A stretch of 63,969 nucleotides of DNA, counting the filler, from an uncultured Gemmatimonadota bacterium (lineage in GTDB: Bacteria; Blakebacterota; Blakebacteria; Blakebacterales; Blakebacteraceae), in NCBI GenBank assembly GCA_964576115.1. It is 3 parts of 3 records of this genome, joined end to end, with 100 filler letters (N's around TTAATTAATTAA, not from the genome) between each part and the next. Parts side by side here need not be neighbours in the genome. Positions count along the whole stretch, not along the records: positions 1 to 26,487 come from CAZNUA010000048.1; 2 more parts are not named here. The stretch is one strand, 5' to 3'. A program made the translations under genes and the position numbers. Positions 8,749-19,016 of this stretch are shown piece by piece; the first letter of the stretch is position 1, and each line of letters begins with the position of its first letter. The notes under the pieces are model-generated. The model was not told where the DNA came from. It did not search any database and saw only the letters and a program-made list of their open reading frames with translations.

Positions 8749-11418
8749 TCACTCCTGCCGCAGGGTTGAAGCCGGGTCAATCGCCGTTGCCCGGCGGGCC
8801 GGCAGGTAGCCGGCGGCGGTGGAGACGACCAGGAGAACCACCCCCACCCCGATGTATACCATCGGATCACCCGGACTGACATCGTAGAGAAGCCCTGCGA
8901 TCAGGCGGCTCAGCACTCCCGCGCAGACGGTGCCGACGAGGATGCCGACGCCGGTCAGCAGCAGCCCCCGGCCGGTGATCAACCAGATGATTCCGGAACG
9001 TCCGGCGCCGAGGGCGGAGCGGATTCCGATCTCGGCCGTACGGCTGGTAACCAGCCAGGAAAGCAGGCCATAGAGTCCGACCATGCAGAGACTCAGGGCT
9101 ATCGCGGCGAAGAGGCCGAGCAGGATCACCTGCAGACGGCGGGGTGCCACCGAGTCGCTGATGATGTTCTCAAAGGTGGTGATCCCGGCCAGCGGCAGTT
9201 CGGGATCCAGTTGTCCAACTACCTCCCTCAGGTCCGCGATCGTCTCCCGGGGAGGGTCGGCGGTCCGGATGACCAGGGTCATGGATCGGGGTGTGGAGAA
9301 CTGGAGGTTGGAGAGGTAGATGCCGGGGAAGGACTCGGTCTCCAGACCGTACTGCCTGACATCGCCGACCACACCGATGATCTCCCACCCGTCGTCTTCG
9401 GAGTCCCCCTGATATCTGACTCGCTGACCGAGCGGATCATCATCGGAGAACATCTGCCGTGCGAATGATGCATTGATGATCGCGACCGTCGGGGTTTGCG
9501 GGGTGTCCTGTTCCGAATCGGGCCGCCGCCCCGTCAGCAGGGGGATCTGCATGGTCTCGAAATAGCCAGGTTCGATATAGCGCCTTTGACAGTCGATCGG
9601 TTCGATGTCGGGGCGTCCGGCGACTTCGAAGTAGTGTGATCTGCCTCCGCGAAAGGGCAGGCCGTCGATCCCTGAGATCGAAGTGAAAGCCGGTAACCGC
9701 TCGATTGTGCGGCGAAGCTCGGCATGAAACAGGCGGGCGTGCTCCGGGGTCGGGTAGCGGGCTGCGGGCAGAGAGATTTCGGTGATGAGCAGATGGTCGG
9801 GTTCGAATCCCACCTCGACCTGCAGCAGGCGATCGAGACTCCTCAGCAGCAGCCCGGCCCCGACCAGGAGGGTGAGCGCAAGGGCCACCTCGGCCACGAC
9901 CAGGACGCTCTGCAGCCGGAAGCGGCCCCGGCCGGGTACCGGCGGTCGTTCGCCGGAGCGCAGCCCGGTCAGGATATCACGCCGGCTTCCGGAGAACGCC
10001 GGGGCCAAACCGACGACGACTCCAGCCAGCACCGAAATCCCGGCGGTGAAGAGAAGCACCGCGTGGTTCATTCCAATCCCGGCCGACCGGGGCAGACCGG
10101 TGCCCAGACCCCGGACGATCAGCTCGATTCCGAGCCAGGCCAGGGCGATGCCGATAATCCCGCCGAACAGAGCCAGTACGAAACTCTCGGTCAACATCTG
10201 CAACAGGAGTCGTCTCCGTCCCGCCCCCAGGGCCAGACGGACCGCCATTTCGCGTCGCCGGGTTTCAGCCCGTGCCAGGGTCAGATTGGTGACGTTGGCG
10301 CAGGCGATCAGCAGCACCATGAGCACCGCCCCCAGCAGCATCAGCAGCGGGGCGCGAATATTGCCGATATACGTAGACAGCAGCGGACGCACCCGCCACT
10401 GCCAGCCGTCATTCGTAGCCGGGTACCGCACGGCGAGATCGGCCGCGATGCCTTCGACTTCATCAACGGCGGCGGCGAACTCGACTCCCGGCTTCAGGCG
10501 GGCCAGTACCCGCAACCAGTGGCGGCCCCGGCCGAGCCTGTCCTGACCGGTCCAGGCACAGGGCAGGCAGAGGTTCACCTCCCCGTCTTCGAAGTGGAAG
10601 TCGGCCGGCAGAACGCCGATGACGGTATGCGGTTCCCCGTCCAGGGTGATTGATTCGCCGATGATACTTTCGCGACCGCCGAACCGGCTCGACCAGAAGG
10701 CGTGTCCCAGCAGGACGACCGGTTCGGCTCCGGCCTCATCATCAGTCGACAGGATCGGTCGACCGATCACGGGCAGGGCGCCCAGCATCTCAAAGAAACC
10801 GGCCGAGACCCGCAGGCCCGCAACGACTTCTGGATCACCCTGCCCGGTCAGGGTGGCCGATCGTGGATAGTACGTCCCCACTTCCTGCAGCAGGGTGGAG
10901 CGCTGGCGCAGATCCTCGAAATTGGGGGGCGAGAATCCCATGAACCAGCCCTCGGGAGCCCGCTCATCTATCATGATCAACTGTTCGGAATCAGGATAGG
11001 GCAGGGGCGCGAGGAGCACCCCCTGCACCACACTGAAGATGGCGGTGTTGGCCCCTATCCCCAGCGCCAGGGTGATGATCACGACCAGGCTGAAACCGGG
11101 ATACCGATGCAGGGTTCTGAGAGCAAGATGGGCATCACTCCGGCGATCTTCGAAGAACCGGACCAGGCGCAGACGTCGGTCCCGCGACTGGATGTCCCGG
11201 CGGCCCTGGCGGTCACCCGCTTCAAGATCACCGAACCGGCGCAGCGCTTCCCGGCGAGCCTCTTCGGGATCCCAGCCCTCGGCGATGAGATCCCCGGTCA
11301 GGGCTTCGAGGTGGAAGCGATGCTCCTGCTCCACCTCGGCTTCGATCGGGATTGAGTTCACATCGGGTCGCCGGCCGGTGATGTGTCCGACCCGCCGCCA
11401 CTTTTCTTTCCCGGTCAT
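8749..11418 (-). CDS. ADOP-type duplicated ABC permease with N-terminal prefix domain
   Basis: EEARREALRRFG prefix; LALGIGANTAIFSVV; IACANVTNL; EIGIRSALGA. Start MTGKEKW at 11418. Confidence 0.88.
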   Translation of the reverse strand: MTGKEKWRRVGHITGRRPDVNSIPIEAEVEQEHRFHLEALTGDLIAEGWDPEEARREALRRFGDLEAGDRQGRRDIQSRDRRLRLVRFFEDRRSDAHLALRTLHRYPGFSLVVIITLALGIGANTAIFSVVQGVLLAPLPYPDSEQLIMIDERAPEGWFMGFSPPNFEDLRQRSTLLQEVGTYYPRSATLTGQGDPEVVAGLRVSAGFFEMLGALPVIGRPILSTDDEAGAEPVVLLGHAFWSSRFGGRESIIGESITLDGEPHTVIGVLPADFHFEDGEVNLCLPCAWTGQDRLGRGRHWLRVLARLKPGVEFAAAVDEVEGIAADLAVRYPATNDGWQWRVRPLLSTYIGNIRAPLLMLLGAVLMVLLIACANVTNLTLARAETRRREMAVRLALGAGRRRLLLQMLTESFVLALFGGIIGIALAWLGIELIVRGLGTGLPRSAGIGMNHAVLLFTAGISVLAGVVVGLAPAFSGSRRDILTGLRSGERPPVPGRGRFRLQSVLVVAEVALALTLLVGAGLLLRSLDRLLQVEVGFEPDHLLITEISLPAARYPTPEHARLFHAELRRTIERLPAFTSISGIDGLPFRGGRSHYFEVAGRPDIEPIDCQRRYIEPGYFETMQIPLLTGRRPDSEQDTPQTPTVAIINASFARQMFSDDDPLGQRVRYQGDSEDDGWEIIGVVGDVRQYGLETESFPGIYLSNLQFSTPRSMTLVIRTADPPRETIADLREVVGQLDPELPLAGITTFENIISDSVAPRRLQVILLGLFAAIALSLCMVGLYGLLSWLVTSRTAEIGIRSALGAGRSGIIWLITGRGLLLTGVGILVGTVCAGVLSRLIAGLLYDVSPGDPMVYIGVGVVLLVVSTAAGYLPARRATAIDPASTLRQE

Positions 11419-11420
11419 GC

Positions 11421-11759
11421 TCAGATCTCCGCGGATCGCAGGACGACATCCATCGCCCTGACGTACTGACGCCAGCCGTCGGTCTGGACCTGCAGATGCT
11501 CGGCCCCGGCCGGTGTCAGATCGTAGTACTTGGCTTCCCGACCGGTGGCTGAACGCCTCCACTCTGAACCCAACCAGCCCCGTTTCTCGAGCCGTCGCAG
11601 CGACTGATAGAGGGCACTGTCCTCTATCTTGATGGCTTCGCCCGTCTTGCGGTGAACCCACTTGCTGATGTCGTAGCCGTGCATCGGCTGCAGACTGACC
11701 ACTTTGAGAATCAGCAGATCGAGGGTGCCGCGCAGCAGTTCAAGGGATTCCCGGCTCAT
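11421..11759 (-). CDS. PadR family regulator (acidobacterial type)
   Basis: LLRGTLDLLILKVV, HGYDI, ALYQSLRRLE, REAKYYDLT. Confidence 0.92.
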   Translation of the reverse strand: MSRESLELLRGTLDLLILKVVSLQPMHGYDISKWVHRKTGEAIKIEDSALYQSLRRLEKRGWLGSEWRRSATGREAKYYDLTPAGAEHLQVQTDGWRQYVRAMDVVLRSAEI

Positions 11760-11850
11760 GGTTCAGCTCCCGTTCGGGCCAGTGTCCTGAGCCGCATATC
11801 CGCTACTATCCATTCCCGGTTATGCAATGAAAGCATGACTCAGAACATGA

Positions 11851-11882
11851 GATACAACTGAAGCAACAGATTCTGATGTATC
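11851..11882. promoter_or_regulatory. Imperfect 12-bp inverted repeat upstream of PadR, candidate operator
   Basis: GATACAACTGAA-N8-TTCTGATGTATC (10/12 complementary) in an AT-rich intergenic region. Confidence 0.35.
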
Positions 11883-11967
11883 AGGTTCTGCTGTATAAAC
11901 GGCTTCCATTCCAGAAATGTTGCCCGAAATCGTCAGCCGAGAATCGTTTATGAAATCCGACTCAAGC

Positions 11968-14634
11968 CTACTCCACCCGCAGAGCTTCCAGGGGATCGAC
12001 CTGCGAGGCCCGTCGGGCGGGAAGCCAGCCGGCCAGCGCAGAAACGAGGGTAAGAAGGAGAATCGCCGCCGTATAGGTCGCCGGATCCGATACGGTCACC
12101 TCGAAAAGCAGCCCCTGGAGTGCCCGGGCGGCGAGCCATGAAGCGGCGGCTCCCAGGATGATGCCTGCACATGCCAGCCTGACGGTCTGCATGAGAACGC
12201 GCACCCGCACGCCTGAGACGGACTCTCCGAGAGCCATCCGGATGCCGATCTCCCGCCTGCGCCGGCTCACCGCATACGAAATGACGCCGTAGATGCCCAG
12301 GGCGGCCAGGATCAGTGCGAAGAGGGCGAAGCCGCTGAGCAGCCACACCACCGAGCGCCGGGCGAACATCGCCCGGTCCACCAATCCCTGCACGGTCCGG
12401 AATTCGGTCACCGGCAGATCGGGATCGACGCGCTGAAGGGCGGCTCGCACCCGGGGCATGAGTTCTGCCGGCGGCCGCCCGCTCCTGATCACCAGATCGA
12501 GCGAACCGAAACCGACGCGATTCACCCGGACAGACATATAGAACTCATTGCCGGATTCCCGCTCGGGCCCGAAGTACCGCACATCGTGCACCACCCCGAT
12601 GACCCGCCACTCCGAACCCTGAGACATCAGGGATTGCCCGATCGGATCCCGGTCCGGCCAGAGGGTGTGCGCCATGGTCTCGTTGACCATGATGACCCGC
12701 TCGCTGGACGGGATCTCGGCCGGCGTGAACTCCCGGCCGACAAGGAGTGGGATATTCATGGCCGCCAGATACCCATCGCTGATGATGCGCGGGTGGGCCG
12801 GCACGAACTGATCCTGTTCGTTGTCCGGCCCGCTCGCCGTCACCCCCCAATTCCGCCAGCCGTAGTTCTGACCCAGCGGCAGGGCATCAGTCAGGCCCGC
12901 CGCCTCGACACCGGGAAGGGCGCGTACGGTGCGGAGAATTTCGTCGAGGTACACTTTTTCCGCCTCCCCCCCTTCTCCTCCCGACGGATCCACCCGCAGG
13001 GCCAGGACATGATCGGACTCAAAGCCCAGGTCCACCTCGAGAACGCTGACGAGACTCCGCAGCAACAAGCCCGTCCCCGTGAGCAGGAGGCAGGCCAGGA
13101 CGATCTGGGTGACGATGAGCGAGCCGCGCGCCCAACCGCGACGGTGACCGCCGTCTGAGGTGCGATCGCCTGCTTTCAGCGCCCCGTACGGTCCCGCCGC
13201 TGACACCCGCAACGCCGGCGCCAGGCCGAATCCCAGGCCGGTCAGAAGCGCGGCCGTCAGCGCGAATCCCAACGTGGCCGTATCAATCCGGACATGGTGA
13301 AGCAGGGGGATGGCTGCTGCCTCGATACGGGCCAGCAGCAGCGTTCCTCCAACCGCGAGCAACAGCCCGACCAGTGCACCGCAACCGGACAGTGCCAGAC
13401 TCTCGGTCAGCATCTGCCGGATCAGGCGTCCGCGGCCTGCGCCCAGCGCGACCCGGACGGCCATCTCCTTCTCCCGTGACGAGGCGCGCGCCAGAAGCAG
13501 GTGTGAGAGGTTGACGCAGACCAGCAGCATCACGAACGCGACCGCGACGGCGAGGATGAACACGGCCTGGCGGTGGGTGCCGCTTACCCGCTCGCGGAGC
13601 GGGGTGAGGCGCGGATCGAAATCGTTTCGCCAGTTCTCTCCCCCCCGTACCGGTTCGATGCTCTCACCGATCGCGGTTGCCTCGGCCCGGGCGGCTTCGA
13701 GGCTCACCCCCGGCGCCAGACGCCCGATCAGAGCCAGGGTGTTCCCCTGACGGTTGATCGCCGGACTCAAGGGGATGGGTACGAAGAGATCGACCCTGCT
13801 ACCCGGCGCAAACATCGCGGCGAAATCGAAGGACTGCGGCAGTACGCCCACGACCGTTACCGGGACATCATCGAGCAGGATCGGGCGGCCGACGACAGCG
13901 GGATCCGCAGCCAGGCTGCGCTGCCAGAAGCGATGACTCAGGAGCGCCGCCCGGGGCTCTTCCCAGGCGGATCCGGCGACTTCTTCAGCCGTGAAGAGCC
14001 GCCCGATCTGAGGCTCGACGCCCAGCAGTGAAAAGAAGTTCTCGAGAACCGGAACAGCGGTCACCCGTTCCGGTTCGCCGGCACCGGTGAAGTGGATATC
14101 GCCCGGACCGTAGAAAGGCGAGAACGCTGCTACATCAACCAGTGTCCGGCTCCGGGTTTTCAGTTCCTGCAGGTTTATCACCTGCACGGTCTGACTGGAG
14201 AGGTTGGTGCTTGTACCGTTGGCGATCCAGACCAGGCGGGAGGGATCCTCGAATGGCAGAGGACGCAGCAGCAGCGCGTTGACCACATTGAAAACCATAC
14301 AGCTCGCCCCGATCCCGAGTCCGACGATCAGGACGGCGAAGAGGGCCAGTCCGGCGTCCCGCCGCAGCACCCGGAGGAAATTGCACAGGTCCTGCCCGAT
14401 CGTCTCCACCACCGGCAATCCACGGTACTCCCGGTGCAGTTCCCGGGTCTGGTCCACCCCGCCGAGACTGATCAGGGCCCGGCGACGGGCCTCTTCGGCC
14501 GACAGCCCGCGCTTGAGGTTGTCCTGAATCGCCAGGTCGAGGTGGGCCGAGAGTTCGGCTTCGAAGTCCTCCTCCCGATCGCGCCGGCGGATCACCGCGA
14601 TCACCCGGGCCAGGAATTCCCGCAGGGCGTCCAT
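11968..14634 (-). CDS. ADOP-type duplicated ABC permease with N-terminal prefix domain
   Basis: EEARRRALISLGG prefix; LLVCVNLSHLLLAR; REIGIRMALG; DPLEALRVE. Start MDALREF overlaps the PadR stop. Confidence 0.88.
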   Translation of the reverse strand: MDALREFLARVIAVIRRRDREEDFEAELSAHLDLAIQDNLKRGLSAEEARRRALISLGGVDQTRELHREYRGLPVVETIGQDLCNFLRVLRRDAGLALFAVLIVGLGIGASCMVFNVVNALLLRPLPFEDPSRLVWIANGTSTNLSSQTVQVINLQELKTRSRTLVDVAAFSPFYGPGDIHFTGAGEPERVTAVPVLENFFSLLGVEPQIGRLFTAEEVAGSAWEEPRAALLSHRFWQRSLAADPAVVGRPILLDDVPVTVVGVLPQSFDFAAMFAPGSRVDLFVPIPLSPAINRQGNTLALIGRLAPGVSLEAARAEATAIGESIEPVRGGENWRNDFDPRLTPLRERVSGTHRQAVFILAVAVAFVMLLVCVNLSHLLLARASSREKEMAVRVALGAGRGRLIRQMLTESLALSGCGALVGLLLAVGGTLLLARIEAAAIPLLHHVRIDTATLGFALTAALLTGLGFGLAPALRVSAAGPYGALKAGDRTSDGGHRRGWARGSLIVTQIVLACLLLTGTGLLLRSLVSVLEVDLGFESDHVLALRVDPSGGEGGEAEKVYLDEILRTVRALPGVEAAGLTDALPLGQNYGWRNWGVTASGPDNEQDQFVPAHPRIISDGYLAAMNIPLLVGREFTPAEIPSSERVIMVNETMAHTLWPDRDPIGQSLMSQGSEWRVIGVVHDVRYFGPERESGNEFYMSVRVNRVGFGSLDLVIRSGRPPAELMPRVRAALQRVDPDLPVTEFRTVQGLVDRAMFARRSVVWLLSGFALFALILAALGIYGVISYAVSRRRREIGIRMALGESVSGVRVRVLMQTVRLACAGIILGAAASWLAARALQGLLFEVTVSDPATYTAAILLLTLVSALAGWLPARRASQVDPLEALRVE

Positions 14635-14984
14635 CACCGGGCCTCCGCCGGCTCGGTTGACAGCACCCGGCCCATCACCTCCACCAGCCGCTCCCAGTAC
14701 TCCTTCTCGGAAGCCAGCCGGGCCGATCCTTTCTTGGTGATCTCGTAGAACTTGGCCTTCCGGTTGTTCTCTGAAGTGCCCCACCGGGCGCGGATCCACC
14801 CGCGGTTCTGCAGGCGGACCAGCGAGGCATAAATGGTGCCCTGGTTCAGCAGGATCTGGTCTCCGCTGGTCTGCTCGATACGCCGGGCCAGGCCGTAGCC
14901 GTGCAGCGGGCCCAGGGCCGTGAGGGTCTGCAGCACCATGATATCGAGGGTGCCCTGCATCAGGTCGATCTTCCGCCGTGTCAT
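14634..14984 (-). CDS. PadR family regulator (acidobacterial type)
   Basis: LMQGTLDIMVLQTL, LHGYGLARRIEQ, WGTSENNRKAKFYEIT. Confidence 0.93.
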   Translation of the reverse strand: MTRRKIDLMQGTLDIMVLQTLTALGPLHGYGLARRIEQTSGDQILLNQGTIYASLVRLQNRGWIRARWGTSENNRKAKFYEITKKGSARLASEKEYWERLVEVMGRVLSTEPAEAR

Positions 14985-15234
14985 GACTCTCCTGCGGTTC
15001 TTCTGTGGTTCTCTCTGTTGTGCCTGAGGAGATCTGCATCACTCATGTGGCCATACAACAGGTAATATACGGAGGCCCCTTTCCCTTTGTTCCAGAAATA
15101 GGGCCCCACAATCCATTCGGGCTGACCCGACCGGTAACTACGGGAGATACAGCAACCGATCACAATCGTGAGAGAGAATCGTTGCATTCTGGAGTCTGAG
15201 AGCGTTGCGAATTGGATGCTATGAAGGCCTGCTA

Positions 15235-16536
15235 TCAGCTCCGCAGCTCCCGCAGACAGGGGGGCACCAGGTAGAGGTTGCCCATCAGCCGGCCGAGCAG
15301 GAAGGCGACGGCCGCGGCGGTGGCGCCGACCATGTCGAAGAGATGGATCCCGATCAGCAGGCAGGCCACGATCCCGGCCATCTCGATGACGGTGGCCCAG
15401 CTGATCGGGCTGGTGGTGCGGGCGTGAACCAGGAAGCCGCGCTGGGAGGAGAGCAGGACGGCCAGGGCGGGCAGCAGGGGCAGGATGCGGGCCGGGGTGA
15501 TGGCGAAGGCGGTCAGCTCGGGACTCAGACCCGAAATGATCCTGAACCAGACATCGGCCAGCGGGGTCCACGCGATCAGGGCGTAGGCGACCGAGGTTAC
15601 GAGAGCCAGGATCGCGCCGAAGCGGATCAGTTCCGCCAGATGTTCGCGCCGCCGGCCCAGCAGGGCGATGATCACTTCCTGGTAGCTGAGACCGATGCTG
15701 CGGAAGATGAAGGTCAGCGAGTTGAGCACCGGCATGACCGCCAGCGATTCGATCGGAAAGCGGGCCCGTCCCAGGAAGAAGGTGACCACCGGATGCACCG
15801 CCAGGCTGATGACCGACGTCAGCGCCAGCGGGTAGTAAAAGGTGGCGATGTTCCCGTAGCTCAGGGTCACCTCACCCTCGGTGCAGACCTCGCAGTTCGT
15901 AAAAAGCCGGCGGACAGTACCGCGGGCCATGAGCCGGGTGACGGCTGATTCGAGCACGACCGCGATCGAGAGAGCAAGAGCGCCGATGCTCGCACCGGGC
16001 AAATCGGTCATCACGATCAGCACCACGGCCGAAAGAGTGACCGAGAGCATCCGCACGACCGTCCCGTAGGCCACCCGGCGGGTCAGGTTGTCGCGGATGA
16101 GCAGGCCCTGATAAAAACGGCGGAAACCGATCGCCGCCGGCCAGGGCAGGAAGAGCAGCAGGGCCTGGTGGGTCAGTCCAGCCACCTCGGGGGGCACGTC
16201 CATGAGCTCGCGTACGAGCAGATTGAAGACGGAGGGCAGTAGCAGGACCACCATCCCGAGCGTGACCAGGGCGTTGAGCGCAAAGAGGAAGTTGCGCAGC
16301 TTGCGGAAGTTGTGGGGGGAATCAGCCAGGGCGGTGGAGGCACCCATGATCATGATCACCGGCGCTTCCACGATGATGGCGAAAGCGAAGGCTACGCCGT
16401 AGGCGGCCAGGTTGAACTTGGCTTCGGGCAGGCGCGCGATCACCGCCGCCAGGAAGGGGCCTTCGAAAGCCATCATCAGCCAGGTGGCCGCCAGCGGCGA
16501 CCAGAAAGCCGCGATTCGACGCAGGGGCAGGGTCAT
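15235..16536 (-). CDS. MATE/MOP-superfamily membrane protein, ANKH-like
   Basis: About 12 hydrophobic segments in two repeats (FWSPLAAT / FYYPLALT; LAAYGVAFA). Start uncertain: ATG 16536 or GTG 16569. Confidence 0.6.
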   Translation of the reverse strand: MTLPLRRIAAFWSPLAATWLMMAFEGPFLAAVIARLPEAKFNLAAYGVAFAFAIIVEAPVIMIMGASTALADSPHNFRKLRNFLFALNALVTLGMVVLLLPSVFNLLVRELMDVPPEVAGLTHQALLLFLPWPAAIGFRRFYQGLLIRDNLTRRVAYGTVVRMLSVTLSAVVLIVMTDLPGASIGALALSIAVVLESAVTRLMARGTVRRLFTNCEVCTEGEVTLSYGNIATFYYPLALTSVISLAVHPVVTFFLGRARFPIESLAVMPVLNSLTFIFRSIGLSYQEVIIALLGRRREHLAELIRFGAILALVTSVAYALIAWTPLADVWFRIISGLSPELTAFAITPARILPLLPALAVLLSSQRGFLVHARTTSPISWATVIEMAGIVACLLIGIHLFDMVGATAAAVAFLLGRLMGNLYLVPPCLRELRS

Positions 16537-16708
16537 TGAGGTGGAGCTGGAATTCAGATCGGGATGCACGTCAGAGCCTTGTTTCCCCTTCCGGTTCGAA
16601 CCGCTCCTTCCGGATCGGGAAAGAAGCGGGTGCGGCGGAACGCTTCCCCATACTATTGTTGGAGTTCGATTCCGGCCACCTCTGTCATACCGGAGCCCGA
16701 AATACGCC

Positions 16709-17434
16709 GTGGAAGCGACTGTCGCCATAGAAAGAATCGAGCCGGATCTTGCTCCGGTCCTGGCCCTGCTTGGCGTCCCCGGTTCCGACCGGTTGCACGC
16801 CGACGTCCGGGAGCTGATCGAGCAGAGCTATGCCCTCTTCTCCGACCTGGCTGTCGGACGGGGCCTGACTGAAACGATCGAGAGGGAGAGCTTCGCCGTG
16901 CTCTACCGCGGTGCCGGCCAGAACGACCCCGACACCCCGCTCGAGCACATTTTCCCAGGGGCCGAGGCCCTGGCGCTCTACGCCGTCACGATCGGAGCCG
17001 CAATCAGCGACGAGATTACAGGGCTCTTCGACAGGGGGGAGTATGCGGCCGGCTCGGTGCTCGATGCCGTCGCCTCGGCCGGGACCGAGCGTCTGGCCGA
17101 GGTGGTGCAGACCGACTGGCTCGAGCAACAGGGGCTCGGGGGAACACCCACCGCGGCCCGGGCCTCGCTGCGGTACAGTCCGGGCTATTGCGGGTGGCAC
17201 GTGAGCGGACAACGGGCGCTTTTCGATGCTCTCGAACCGGAACGGATCGGAATCGAGCTCTCGGAAAGCTCGCTGATGCAACCGATCAAATCAACCACCG
17301 GCGTGATCGTCACCGGCGCCCGGGAGCTGCATGTTTTCGACCCGGTCTTCCCCTGCTGCGCCGCCTGCGCCTGCCCGACCTGCCGGGAACGGATCAGAGA
17401 CCTTTTCGCACCAGAGAACGACAGCCCGAGCTGA
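16709..17434 (+). CDS. Stand-alone B12-dependent methionine synthase activation domain
   Basis: LYAVTIG, LDAVAS, RYSPGYCGW, IGIELSESSLMQPIKSTTG, C-terminal CxxCxxxxC. Start approximate. Confidence 0.8.
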   Translation: MEATVAIERIEPDLAPVLALLGVPGSDRLHADVRELIEQSYALFSDLAVGRGLTETIERESFAVLYRGAGQNDPDTPLEHIFPGAEALALYAVTIGAAISDEITGLFDRGEYAAGSVLDAVASAGTERLAEVVQTDWLEQQGLGGTPTAARASLRYSPGYCGWHVSGQRALFDALEPERIGIELSESSLMQPIKSTTGVIVTGARELHVFDPVFPCCAACACPTCRERIRDLFAPENDSPS

Positions 17435-18112
17435 ATGGATACAGAGATGGACCTCAACCCCCTGCTGCCGCAGATATCCGCCGCCCTCGAGACAGGCCGG
17501 CACGAGGACGTACGCACCCTGGTCAAGGCGGCGCTGGAGATCGACACCGCCCCTGAGATCGTACTCGATCAGGGCCTGATCCCCGGTATGAGCGTGGTCG
17601 GAGACCGCTTCCGGGACGGCGAGATCTTTCTGCCCGAGGTCCTGATTGCAGCCCGCGCCATGCATGCCGGACTCGATATCCTCAAGCCGCTCCTGGCAGC
17701 CAGTGACGCTCCCCGCCGCGGCAGGGTCGTCATCGGCACGGTGCGCGGCGATCTGCACGACATCGGCAAGAACCTGGTGGCAATCATGCTCGAGGGGGCC
17801 GGCTTTGATGTGATCGATCTGGGCACCGATGTGGCACCTGACGCATTTATCGACACCGCCGAGGCCGAGGGTGCCTCCGTGATCGCGATGAGCGCCTTGC
17901 TGACCACGACCATGACCGAGATGCAGAAGGTCGTGAACCGCCTGCACGAACGTCACCTGTCGACCGCTCACTGCACCATCGTGGGTGGGGCGCCGCTCAC
18001 GGCCGCCTTCGCCGAGAAGATCGGAGCCGATGCCTGGGCCGCCGACGCGCCCTCTGCGGTCGAGGAAGTAGTACGGCTCATCGGAACCTTCAAGCAGGGA
18101 AAAGGGGTATGA
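17435..18112 (+). CDS. Cobalamin-binding corrinoid protein (cap + B12-binding domains)
   Basis: GDLHDIGKNLV (DxHxxG), MSALLTTT, VGGAP; FLPEVL cap motif. Confidence 0.93.
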   Translation: MDTEMDLNPLLPQISAALETGRHEDVRTLVKAALEIDTAPEIVLDQGLIPGMSVVGDRFRDGEIFLPEVLIAARAMHAGLDILKPLLAASDAPRRGRVVIGTVRGDLHDIGKNLVAIMLEGAGFDVIDLGTDVAPDAFIDTAEAEGASVIAMSALLTTTMTEMQKVVNRLHERHLSTAHCTIVGGAPLTAAFAEKIGADAWAADAPSAVEEVVRLIGTFKQGKGV

Positions 18113-18999
18113 AACCTCTGCTCGAACGGATTGGAGCCGGTGAGATCATCGTCTGCGACGGAGCCTGGGGGACTACCATCCAGAGCGGCCCCGGGTATGA
18201 GAAGTGTCCCGAGGAGGTGAATCTCTCGGACCCGGAATTTTTAACCGCGACCGCTGCGGCTTTCATCGAGGCGGGAGCCGAGATCGTCACGACCAATACC
18301 TTCGGGGGCTCGCCTCTCAAACTGGCGCCGGCCGGGCTCGATGAACGCACCGCCGAGATCAACGAGCGAGCCGTGCAGGCGGCCCGTGCTGCAGCCGGAG
18401 AGCAGGTCCTGGTGGCCGGTTCCTGCGGTCCCTCGGGGAAACTGCTCGTCACCGGCGACGTGTCCCCCGAAGATCTGGAAGAGAATTTCGAGCGCCAGAT
18501 GACGAGCCTGGCCGAAGCCGGCGCCGATCTCTTCATCATCGAGACCATGACCGATCTGATCGAGGCCACGATTGCAGTACGCACAGCCCGCCGGATCGCA
18601 CCCGAAAAGCCGGTGGTCGCGACCATGACCTTCGATCCGACCCCGCAGGGGTTCCGTACCATCATGGGTGTTTCGATCGAGGAGAGTATCACCCGCCTGC
18701 TCGAGGCCGGGGCCGATATCATCGGTTCGAACTGCGGCCACGGTATGATTACCCTGATCGAGGTGGCACGGGATTTCGGGCGGCTGACCGACGCTCCCCT
18801 CATTATCCAGCCCAACGCCGGAATCCCGAGCCTGGAAGACGAGGGCGTCGTCTATCCGGAAACACCCGAAGCTTTCGCCGCCGGCGTGCCCGATCTGCTG
18901 GCCGCCGGCGTGGCGATCATCGGCGGCTGCTGCGGCAGCACGCCCGCACACATCAGGGCGCTCAGCGAGGCGGTGCGGGCCCGGTCGGGAGCAGCCTGA
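18109..18999 (+). CDS. Homocysteine S-methyltransferase domain protein
   Basis: DGAWGT, TTNTFG, IETM, GSNCG, QPNAG, GGCCG Zn ligands. Confidence 0.92.
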   Translation: MKPLLERIGAGEIIVCDGAWGTTIQSGPGYEKCPEEVNLSDPEFLTATAAAFIEAGAEIVTTNTFGGSPLKLAPAGLDERTAEINERAVQAARAAAGEQVLVAGSCGPSGKLLVTGDVSPEDLEENFERQMTSLAEAGADLFIIETMTDLIEATIAVRTARRIAPEKPVVATMTFDPTPQGFRTIMGVSIEESITRLLEAGADIIGSNCGHGMITLIEVARDFGRLTDAPLIIQPNAGIPSLEDEGVVYPETPEAFAAGVPDLLAAGVAIIGGCCGSTPAHIRALSEAVRARSGAA

Positions 19000-19016
19000 A
19001 CAGGGAGGCAAGGGCG

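Noticed and set aside
7396-11846. Shared CTGAGTCATG upstream of two PadR genes (near 7398, and inverted near 11834)
   Set aside because: Only 10 bp, in opposite orientation and at different distances; could be chance.
4084-15042. Apparent PadR-overlapping N-terminal extensions of the permease ORFs (to 7005, 11661, 15042)
   Set aside because: ORF-caller over-extension in another frame; the real starts lie next to the PadR stops. No fusion or frameshift is needed.
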